DNA of 63,277 nucleotides, the filler included, from Bdellovibrionota bacterium (lineage in GTDB: Bacteria > Bdellovibrionota > Bdellovibrionia > Bdellovibrionales > JAEYZS01), in NCBI GenBank assembly GCA_963169515.1. It is 6 parts of 6 records of this genome, joined end to end, with 100 filler letters (N's around TTAATTAATTAA, not from the genome) between each part and the next. Parts side by side here need not be neighbours in the genome. Positions count along the whole stretch, not along the records: positions 1 to 18,350 come from CAUJEF010000113.1; 5 more parts are not named here. One strand, written 5' to 3'. The notes under the pieces are model-generated. The model saw only the letters and a list, made by a program, of their open reading frames with translations. It was not told where the DNA came from and did no database searches. The translations under genes were made by a program, and so were the position numbers. Positions 1-7,696 of this stretch are shown here, piece by piece; within the stretch, counting starts at the first letter, position 1, and every line of letters begins with the position of its first letter.

Positions 1-31
1 GACATAAGCTGTACACGCACCCCATCTGCGG

Positions 32-1633
32 CTAAGCCTTCCGAGAGCTTCGAATAAAAGCGACCGTGGAAATAAAAATCAAGTGAGCCATTACAAAAAG
101 GCTCACTTGAAGCACGCCGCCACCGCCAAACCCGTACGAATGAAGACCTGCCCCTAGTACGAAATTCACCCCGTACCAAGCCATCAACACTAAATTAAAT
201 GCGACAATTGTTGCTGCAATAAAGCCAAATGTTTGCAGCCAGCCAGACAATCGTGCGTGAAGAATCGCAAGATATCCCAGAAGTGCTATAAATGCCCAAG
301 TTTCCTTTGGATCCCAGCCCCAAAATCGACCCCACGAATAGTCCGCCCAAACGCCGCCCAGAATGGTCCCTGCTGCCAAAAGCACCACGCCCACCTGCAA
401 CGTCCGGTAGATCGTATCCCGTAAGGCCAAAATCTCGTTTTGTTTTTTCTTTTCATCCAGCAAATATAAAATCAGTCCAATATCGCCCAACAGAAGGGCT
501 AAGAAAAATGCACCATAGCTAACCGTAATGGTCATCACGTGGACCACAAGCCACATATTACTTCGTAATACGGGTTGCAGCGGTTGTACGCTTGCATCCA
601 AAATGATCGGAGCAATGTCCGCCACAACCATGCAAATAAAGCACACCACACTACCTGCAACGATAAGAAATTTATTTTTTAGCTGATGGTGAAAGACAAA
701 CGCAAACAACATAGACGCCCACGGAACCCATACGACGGTTTCATACATATTTGAAACCGGCGGTCGTCCCGCAATGTAAACTCTGAGGGCAAAACCCAAT
801 GTGTGAAAAGTAAAACCGATCACGGCCGCACCCAAACTCATTTTTCCAAACAATGTTTTCGGCGAAACAAATTGAGCGACGCCCAAAACGGCGGCCAAAA
901 AATAAAAAATCCAAGCTTTTTGAAATGGATGAAAGTCGTTATAAAAAAGCTCAATTGAGATCTTTTTGTCGCGCGCATACTGATTCGGATCTTCAGCCCG
1001 GGCATTAGCAATAAATTGAGCCACTCCGGATTTTAATCCATCCGTTGATCCACCTTCTTTAACAGCGTTCACAAAGCCTTCGCTCACCAAGCCAAATAAT
1101 TTTTTGTGAGATTCGCTCATTTCCGCAACGGCCAACCACCGGTCACTTCCCTTAACAGGGACAAAATGGGGGGCCATCCCATGCACAATGGCCTTGTAAA
1201 GCGAGATTTGATTTTGCAAGCGCTGTACGGATTGAAAAAAGGGATTTAACTTTTCTTTAGCCTTAACTTTACCATCGACCTCGGAAAACAACAAAATCGT
1301 ACGCTCATTTTCCAAAAGCTCATTCGGTGAAAAATATTTTTTTGTTTCATCGAATTTAAGCTTTCTTTTAAGTTCAAGATTCCCGACCTCAATAAATTCA
1401 ACTCGGTCCCAGTGCTCTGGTAAGAGCATCCAGGTCATTACAATTTCAGAAGCACCTTTTTTATTAAATGACCGCTTCCCATATATCAATTGCAACGATT
1501 CTTTTGAAAATGTATCAAAGGGTTTTAGCCGCCCATTTTCTTGAACTGGGATTTTTCCCAAAATTTTATCAGCCGAATCCGCCGCAAAACTGGGGCTGGA
1601 AAACAGAAATAGAAAAATTAAAAATATTCTCAT
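32..1633 (-). CDS. ccsA: Cytochrome c biogenesis protein CcsA/ResC (System II) with N-terminal periplasmic extension
   Basis: WWD motif WADYSWGRFWGWDPKETW, the segment GRPPVSNMYE, conserved His in VHV and GLHSYG, and many TM helices. Overlaps the resB-like gene by 4 nt. Confidence 0.93.
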   Translation of the reverse strand: MRIFLIFLFLFSSPSFAADSADKILGKIPVQENGRLKPFDTFSKESLQLIYGKRSFNKKGASEIVMTWMLLPEHWDRVEFIEVGNLELKRKLKFDETKKYFSPNELLENERTILLFSEVDGKVKAKEKLNPFFQSVQRLQNQISLYKAIVHGMAPHFVPVKGSDRWLAVAEMSESHKKLFGLVSEGFVNAVKEGGSTDGLKSGVAQFIANARAEDPNQYARDKKISIELFYNDFHPFQKAWIFYFLAAVLGVAQFVSPKTLFGKMSLGAAVIGFTFHTLGFALRVYIAGRPPVSNMYETVVWVPWASMLFAFVFHHQLKNKFLIVAGSVVCFICMVVADIAPIILDASVQPLQPVLRSNMWLVVHVMTITVSYGAFFLALLLGDIGLILYLLDEKKKQNEILALRDTIYRTLQVGVVLLAAGTILGGVWADYSWGRFWGWDPKETWAFIALLGYLAILHARLSGWLQTFGFIAATIVAFNLVLMAWYGVNFVLGAGLHSYGFGGGGVLQVSLFVMAHLIFISTVAFIRSSRKA

Positions 1634-3021
1634 CCTTGTACCTTCCTGAGCTTTCGATTATAAAACAAGCTGGCCGAGCCAAGCACGATTAAAATTGATC
1701 CAATATATTTTAATGGCCTCCCCGGATCCTTGTTCACCGATAAGATCGAAGTTGTAGGCTTACCAGTTGTATCTTGCTGGAAACTTGCCTGGTAAAGCGT
1801 AAGGCCATTGTACTTCAAGGGTTCATTCATCGAAATCATATGTTTCCCAGAGGGAATCTCTACCTGGCTTTGATACGACATGGGGTTGTTCGTGCCTTGA
1901 TATTTCCCGACCGAAAAATCCAAGAGCTTTACCTCAAACCCCAATGGGATACGACGATTTGAATAGGTTAAAATATAACCCGCTTTAGAGGTAAAAAGTT
2001 CCAGGGCTGAATTCAGACCCGCCCATTGTTTCTGACCGTTAAAAGACACCTCTATCGCGGCCGTTGTGAGGTCGTTTGGTCGATCATGACGCTCGTATTC
2101 GGTTTGGTAAGACGCGTTCTTATAAAAACCAAGGATGATTATTTCTAAATTTCCCATCCAACCTGTTGGGATTGTATCCCCCTTTTTTGCGGTGCCCGTT
2201 TTTTTCGGGCGGCCGTCTTTATAATAGATAGCATAGCTAACGGCATCCCTGCCCGTGGGCCAGAAAACTACTTGATTTCCTTTGTCTTTGGGCTCAAATT
2301 TTTCTTTTGCCAAAACGAGCTTCGTTGGGCCGAAGTCTCGGACCTCAGGTTTTTGACCCTGCTGAACCAACCAATCATTTTCTGAAACAAAATTATTTTT
2401 AAGCTGATACCGAAGTGCGGGACCGTCCATTATGCGTTTTGATGCGCTCACGTTCACTTTTCGAATTGCAAATGGAATGTAATCTGTAACGACGATTGGC
2501 CCGTCCGGAGTGTTTATTTTGTATTCTTTCTTTTGCGGGCTTCTAAGGTAAAAATCCACTTCCTCGCTATGGATGCGTTTGTATTCTTGCAGTTCTGTCA
2601 GTTGGTATACGTTCAAGTCCGTGTTTGGTACTGTCACGTAACTGTTTGTTTCCCCAATATCCATGGCGATGGACCCGTCAAGACCACGCTCTTGTGTAAT
2701 GTAGGCTCCTAATAATAGAATAATAATTCCCGTGTGCGCCAAGATAAACGGTATGTGTTTTTTTTTCCAGGGTAGACGATCCACCATGACACCTAAGAGA
2801 TTTACGACCAACATCCCAAGAGCCAAATACATCCATACAGATTTATAGACAACCTTGTATGCGATTTCAGAATTATATTGAGATTCAACGATCGTTCCCC
2901 ATGCGCACACGATGCCGATAAAGATGATTGTGATCACTGCTAGTTTCAAAGATGCTAAAAAGCCCAAAATAGCTTTAGAAACTTTTTCAATTTTTCCTGT
3001 CATCGCTTGTGGTTGTAGCAT
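1630..3021 (-). CDS. resB: Cytochrome c biogenesis protein ResB/Ccs1 family
   Basis: N-terminal FLASLKLAV..., His in LAHTG, C-terminal ISMNEPLKYNGLTLYQASF and SVNKDPG. Directly upstream of ccsA. Confidence 0.88.
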   Translation of the reverse strand: MLQPQAMTGKIEKVSKAILGFLASLKLAVITIIFIGIVCAWGTIVESQYNSEIAYKVVYKSVWMYLALGMLVVNLLGVMVDRLPWKKKHIPFILAHTGIIILLLGAYITQERGLDGSIAMDIGETNSYVTVPNTDLNVYQLTELQEYKRIHSEEVDFYLRSPQKKEYKINTPDGPIVVTDYIPFAIRKVNVSASKRIMDGPALRYQLKNNFVSENDWLVQQGQKPEVRDFGPTKLVLAKEKFEPKDKGNQVVFWPTGRDAVSYAIYYKDGRPKKTGTAKKGDTIPTGWMGNLEIIILGFYKNASYQTEYERHDRPNDLTTAAIEVSFNGQKQWAGLNSALELFTSKAGYILTYSNRRIPLGFEVKLLDFSVGKYQGTNNPMSYQSQVEIPSGKHMISMNEPLKYNGLTLYQASFQQDTTGKPTTSILSVNKDPGRPLKYIGSILIVLGSASLFYNRKLRKVQG

Positions 3022-3036
3022 GAAGGATTCAAAGAA

Positions 3037-3828
3037 TTAAAGGTCTAATTTAGAAATATTTTGATGAATGTGCGTAATCGCAAGTTTTAATTTTTCCTTT
3101 AAATTTGCTGCTTTTTTATCCACCAGCTTTAACGATGTCTCGTCCATATATAAAGAGCGATTCAGTTCCACTTGGATGGTGTGATGTCCTTTTTCTGGCT
3201 GACCATAACGCTCTGTAATACGACCGCCTACATAGGGCCAATTCAGCCGAACTCTAAGTCCTGCCTTTTCATAACCTTCGACGACTAAATCTCTGAACTG
3301 TGGCGCACAGCTTTTGCCGTGCAGATCGCTAATGACCACCTCAGCCCGCGTTTCGCCTGGGTCGGGATGCATTTTTGTACCTACAGACGGCATGCTATGG
3401 GCATCGATATGAAACAGCGGCTTCCCTAAAACTTTGCATTGATTGACAATTTCAACATGGAACGAGTCATAATATTTTCGAAGCAAAACGTCGTGAAATT
3501 CTTTTGGGATTGGCGTCGGCATAAGCCGTGTGCCTTTAGTCGTAAAAACCCAATGCAGACCTTTTGAAAATTTCCCGCTAGGATTTGGATGACCCACAAC
3601 AGAATCAGCGTCGACATCGTCAGGGAAACGGTTCAAGTCCACAACGTAGCGGTGCCACCGCGCCACGACATGGGGAATGTCTAAACTTTTTAAGGTCGGA
3701 CCATAAAGTCTATCAACGTAGCGATCCACATCGCACATCAAGACTTCTTCTTTCAAATTTTGAAGCCAGTGAACTTCCAGCGGGACTTCCTCGCCGGAAT
3801 GTGGAATAGTTACAAGTAAAGGTACCAT
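3037..3828 (-). CDS. N-formylglutamate amidohydrolase family protein
   Basis: Motifs TIPHSG, DxDRYVD, RYVVDLNR, IDAHSMP, NWPYVGG and QVELNRSLYMDE. Confidence 0.9.
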   Translation of the reverse strand: MVPLLVTIPHSGEEVPLEVHWLQNLKEEVLMCDVDRYVDRLYGPTLKSLDIPHVVARWHRYVVDLNRFPDDVDADSVVGHPNPSGKFSKGLHWVFTTKGTRLMPTPIPKEFHDVLLRKYYDSFHVEIVNQCKVLGKPLFHIDAHSMPSVGTKMHPDPGETRAEVVISDLHGKSCAPQFRDLVVEGYEKAGLRVRLNWPYVGGRITERYGQPEKGHHTIQVELNRSLYMDETSLKLVDKKAANLKEKLKLAITHIHQNISKLDL

Positions 3829-3829
3829 A

Positions 3830-4384
3830 ATGAAAATCTACACGAAAAAAGGCGACCAAGGCAACACGACACTCGTTAGCGGAACAAAAGTATTAAAATC
3901 GAGCTTACGTCTAGAAACTTATGGCACCATAGATGAATTAAATTCCTTTTTAGGCCTGGCTTTGACTCAAATCAGAAAATTAAAAAATATATCTGAAGTG
4001 GAACCACTACTGGATGCGATTCAAAATCAACTTTTCAATCTGGGTAGCCAGCTAGCCTGCGATGATAAAAAAATGGCAGAGAAGCTGCCGCAGGTTACTG
4101 ACGCTCAAATTAAGGACATGGAACATTCAATTGATGCGATGACAGTGCAATTGAAACCCCTCAAAAATTTTATTTTACCTGGGGGGGGCGAGCTTGCCGG
4201 TTTATTGCACGTGGCTCGAACCGTTTGCCGTCGCGCTGAGCGTTGGGCGGTTCGATTGAACCAGGAGGATCCTGTTGACGGCATTGTCATCCAATATTTG
4301 AATCGGTTAAGCGATTTGCTTTTTGTAATGGCACGATTTGCAAATTTCAAAGAAAACATATCAGAGCCTGAGTGGAAAAAATAG
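3830..4384 (+). CDS. ATP:cob(I)alamin adenosyltransferase, PduO type
   Basis: MKIYTKKGDQG, YGTIDELNS, FILPGG, ARTVCRRAER and YLNRLSDLLF. Confidence 0.95.
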   Translation: MKIYTKKGDQGNTTLVSGTKVLKSSLRLETYGTIDELNSFLGLALTQIRKLKNISEVEPLLDAIQNQLFNLGSQLACDDKKMAEKLPQVTDAQIKDMEHSIDAMTVQLKPLKNFILPGGGELAGLLHVARTVCRRAERWAVRLNQEDPVDGIVIQYLNRLSDLLFVMARFANFKENISEPEWKK

Positions 4385-4390
4385 CACACA

Positions 4391-5512
4391 ATGGATGTCG
4401 TCCTCGCAAAAGAATCTGATAACGCAAAAATTCTGGAGTTTTTCAATAAACAATCCTTTTTGACAGGACCGCCTGTCGATATTACCATCAATCGAAAAAA
4501 TTCTTTTTTCGATAAATATAAATTGCAAAGTGAAGATTTCGATACCTTTATCATGGAAGACCGCAGGGGTGAAATTCACGGCGTTGCAACACTGCTGTAT
4601 CGGGATGCTTTGATCCAAGGAACGCCCACCCTGATCGGCTACGGCACGGACCTGCGTGTATCGGCCAACAGACAGGCGACGCTACAGTGGCCGGAACTTT
4701 TTTTCCCTGCTTTTAAAGACTCCCTTGAAAAAAGAAACTGCAAGCTTACCTTTTCAGTGATTAATTTTTCACAAATCCAGGCAATGAATGCATTGATCCG
4801 CCCACGCGCTCAACGCCGAGACATCCCACGATATTATTTAATCAGAAAATTTGATTTGGTGAGCCTTCATGGCCGAACACCTTTTCTGCAAGGAAACCCG
4901 CTCAACACCGTTAAAATATTTGAAGGCACGCCGAATGATCTCGAGCCACTGGTCGAATATTTAAAAAAGAAAACAGAAAGCCATCTGTTCGCTTTTCCAT
5001 ATTCAATCGAGTTCATGGAAAATCGGTTTAAAAAATGGAAAGGACTGTCGATTGAAAAATTTTTGATCGCAAAAGACGTCCACGGAAACATCGTCGGTTG
5101 TTGCGCACCATGGAGCAATGCCCACCTACAAACACTCGACGTCACAAAATACTCTGATTTAGGTGAATCTTTCCATTTACTTTCACGCCTGATCTCGATT
5201 GTTCGAATGGGGAAAGCTTTACCTGCATCAGGGCAGCCCTTGAAATTGAGTTATCTGACCCATTTGAATTGTGATAATCCTGATATTTTTAGACGGCTTT
5301 TAAAAAGCGCACTAAAGCGAAGCCCCCGCGATGAATTTTTAGTTTACGTCAATTTCGATCGCGATGCCGCCACCCTTCCGCCGCCCGTGTTTATCTCTTC
5401 CACACTGCGGTTTGCTATGTATTCTGTGCTTGCACCCGAAACGCCACTGCCATCATACCTGCAACCGTCACCATTCAGTCCGCCACCCGAGTTAGAGGCG
5501 GTGTTGATTTAG
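4391..5512 (+). CDS. Hypothetical protein, probable tandem GNAT-fold acyltransferase
   Basis: 373-aa ORF 6 nt after the PduO gene. Two GNAT-like halves (GEIHGVATL...GYGTDLRV; FLIAKDVHGNIVGCCAPW). Fold is inferred. Confidence 0.55.
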   Translation: MDVVLAKESDNAKILEFFNKQSFLTGPPVDITINRKNSFFDKYKLQSEDFDTFIMEDRRGEIHGVATLLYRDALIQGTPTLIGYGTDLRVSANRQATLQWPELFFPAFKDSLEKRNCKLTFSVINFSQIQAMNALIRPRAQRRDIPRYYLIRKFDLVSLHGRTPFLQGNPLNTVKIFEGTPNDLEPLVEYLKKKTESHLFAFPYSIEFMENRFKKWKGLSIEKFLIAKDVHGNIVGCCAPWSNAHLQTLDVTKYSDLGESFHLLSRLISIVRMGKALPASGQPLKLSYLTHLNCDNPDIFRRLLKSALKRSPRDEFLVYVNFDRDAATLPPPVFISSTLRFAMYSVLAPETPLPSYLQPSPFSPPPELEAVLI

Positions 5513-5534
5513 TTTTTGGCTTGTTTTACGCGGA

Positions 5535-5867
5535 GTGACTCACAAATCAAGTGGTACTAAAGTCTCCTCAGTTGATAGACCTAAATTTGTAACGCTTAAA
5601 TCGGGAGTCAAAACTCAATCATGGCATCCTACGAGTGAACTTTTAGATGAAGGTAAACTCGCACGTGCATTATTTGATGCTCTTAAAGACGAGGATATTG
5701 ATGCTTTTAAAGAAATCCTTATGGCACATTTAGAAGTTAAGGTAAAAACTAAAGAAGCAAAGGAGCACGGGCTTTCCGAGCGTACTATGTACGAAGCTTT
5801 GTCTCATAAAGGAAACCCAAGTCTAAAAACCATTGCTAAAATTGTAAAGATGGCATGTGCATCGTAG
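5535..5867 (+). CDS. HTH 'addiction module antidote'-type antitoxin or regulator, no cognate toxin adjacent
   Basis: C-terminal GLSERTMYEALSHKGNPSLKTIAKIV matches the GLSRExLYKALSxxGNPxxxT pattern of this family. GTG start is uncertain. Confidence 0.75.
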   Translation: MTHKSSGTKVSSVDRPKFVTLKSGVKTQSWHPTSELLDEGKLARALFDALKDEDIDAFKEILMAHLEVKVKTKEAKEHGLSERTMYEALSHKGNPSLKTIAKIVKMACAS

Positions 5868-5896
5868 CCAGCAATATACGAACTATTGTTGATCTC

Positions 5897-5924
5897 GACT
5901 CCGTTACAGGCCATGGAGTCTTTT
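5897..5924 (+). terminator. Possible rho-independent terminator
   Basis: GACTCCGT-N8-ATGGAGTC stem followed by TTTT, between two convergent genes. Confidence 0.4.
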
Positions 5925-5971
5925 AAACTCATACATGATTTTTGGGACATCTTTGGGATGATAAACACATA

Positions 5972-6502
5972 TCATACTACCTTTAAAACTTTTGATTTGG
6001 CTTGGGCGTATTCTTCATCCGTTAAAATTCCTTGGTTTTTGAGAGCATTTAATTTTGCGAGTTCGTCTGCCGTCGATTGTGCAACCATTCCTTGAACTGG
6101 AATGACAAAATCTGGATTTTTAGCTAAATTTGGCTCTGAAATTAATCCTGGTTTGAAAATGTAATAGATTAAGGCGATCAAATTTATATATGGAATGAAC
6201 GTCGCTATGACGAAAAAAATAGCCGTCACATTATCTGAAATTGGCCCTCCGAAAATATCTCGGACTCGTCTAATCGCATTGCTAAGTGATGTTAAGTATG
6301 CCATGAAAGCTACACCCACACTGATGGGAACCCAAATGATGTCATTTTTAGAATTTCCGTCTGTTGACATTGCGATGCCCACAAGAATACTTACCAAGGC
6401 CACACCACAGACGAGAATTTTAATAAGATTGATTAGATACCCTTTTCTGTCGATGTATCCAGAAAAGGAAATTAAAGAATTATTTAACTTGAAATTATCC
6501 AT
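5972..6502 (-). CDS. DUF805-like membrane protein with C-terminal SHOCT domain
   Basis: FSGYIDRKGY, AIRRVRD and IPYINLI are DUF805-like. C-terminus ADELAKLNALKNQGILTDEEYAQAKSKVL is SHOCT-like. Confidence 0.8.
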   Translation of the reverse strand: MDNFKLNNSLISFSGYIDRKGYLINLIKILVCGVALVSILVGIAMSTDGNSKNDIIWVPISVGVAFMAYLTSLSNAIRRVRDIFGGPISDNVTAIFFVIATFIPYINLIALIYYIFKPGLISEPNLAKNPDFVIPVQGMVAQSTADELAKLNALKNQGILTDEEYAQAKSKVLKVV

Positions 6503-6708
6503 ATTGAATTCCTTTAAACTTCGAGGTTTTCAATTAAGCTATTTGCAATTTCATAGCAGCTGTTGAAATGAAAATTACACCCAACTGATATTGAAGATTA
6601 TCGGATTTTTTAAACTTTTTGGCAACAAATTGGCACGGGCATTAGTCTAGGTTTGGCGTTTTGTACAATTGTATTTTTTAATTTGAATGGTGCAAGAACT
6701 AAACGTGC

Positions 6709-7116
6709 CTAGTTTTTAAAATGTAGCAAAAATGTTGCGGGGTCTACGATTTTCATATACTTGAATCTTGTTAAAGGTAGCAGGTGTTCTTTATCACCAG
6801 TAACAAGATATTTGGCTTTTCCAAGAAGTGCGGTTTCCAATATTAAATTATCCGGATGTTGATTGGGAACGGCTTTGACAGTTCCAGAAGGTTCATAGAG
6901 ATCTGCGATTTGCAGTATTCGATTCATCATTCTTTTGGTGTTGCCACGGCTGAAGTGAAATTTGAGCAACAAGTTCCGCTCTATTTCGCCAAGGATGACT
7001 TTGGAAGAAACGACTTGAAATTTTCTATTAAAAGCCGCTGTAACGACCTCAGCCGGTCGGCCTGAGAAAATGATGCCACTAATCCAGATGTTGGTATCAA
7101 TACAAACCTTAAGCAT
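6709..7116 (-). CDS. PIN-domain (VapC-like) toxin
   Basis: KVCIDTNIWIS, the conserved E, DNLILETA and YLVTGDKEHLL supply the PIN acidic residues. Confidence 0.9.
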   Translation of the reverse strand: MLKVCIDTNIWISGIIFSGRPAEVVTAAFNRKFQVVSSKVILGEIERNLLLKFHFSRGNTKRMMNRILQIADLYEPSGTVKAVPNQHPDNLILETALLGKAKYLVTGDKEHLLPLTRFKYMKIVDPATFLLHFKN

Positions 7117-7124
7117 TTAGTGAA

Positions 7125-7358
7125 TTATTTCCGGCTTTCACGGATGATTTTATTTACGTCTTCCGGTTTAAGATTCATTTTCTTTGCGATTTTGCGTCCT
7201 TCTTTTCTAATAGCTGCTAAATCACGATTGGCAAGGTATTGTCGAAAAGCTTCTCTAAGAAGCTCAGAAATAGTTCTGTGTTCTTCTTTGGCTACTTTTT
7301 GAACTTCTTTTTCCATATCTGGGGGAAGGGACAGGCTAATCACTTTAGCGGTTTTCAT
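7125..7358 (-). CDS. Ribbon-helix-helix (CopG-like) antitoxin
   Basis: VISLSLPPDM...ISELLREAFRQYL. Lies 8 nt upstream of the PIN toxin, with SD GGAG before the ATG. Confidence 0.88.
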   Translation of the reverse strand: MKTAKVISLSLPPDMEKEVQKVAKEEHRTISELLREAFRQYLANRDLAAIRKEGRKIAKKMNLKPEDVNKIIRESRK

Positions 7359-7370
7359 GGTCGTTTCTCC

Positions 7371-7398
7371 ATTATTAATAATTCATAATTATTAATAA
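7371..7398. promoter_or_regulatory. Tandem palindromic operator of the RHH-PIN TA operon
   Basis: Palindrome TTATTAATAA at 7372-7381 and 7389-7398, directly upstream of the antitoxin SD. Confidence 0.6.
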
Positions 7399-7696
7399 CA
7401 TATATTGACACTAAAATACAATAACTTTGAGGAAAAGGAGATCTATTCCTCTACCAGGTCGTTTATATTCTTCAATGGATAGGATTTAAAAAAGCTGGGG
7501 AAACCCACATACACCCTCTTTTGGGTCTTATAGCCTATCGGAAGCGATTTTTGCTTGAATCCTTGTTGATAGCAGAGAAAAGATTAAGACACGGTAACCG
7601 TTTGAATTCCTGCGTTGTTACTATGCAACAAAAATATTAAATATATTTCGTTTTTATGGCTAAAGTTTTTTTGTTTATTCCTGAAACGTCTATCTA

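Noticed and set aside
1..31. ATAAGCTGTACACGCACCCCATCT after the ccsA stop, sharing AGATGGGG (reverse complement) with 12191-12198
   Set aside because: Only an 8-bp match, cut by the window edge. This is not enough to assign it to the repeat family.
6620..6645. Sigma54-like TGGCAC motifs on the plus strand
   Set aside because: The -12 element is imperfect and the motif points into the 3' end of a minus-strand gene.
7443..7575. About 43 open codons on the minus strand upstream of the antitoxin
   Set aside because: No upstream start codon for the full stretch and no recognisable homology, so a pseudogene call cannot be supported.
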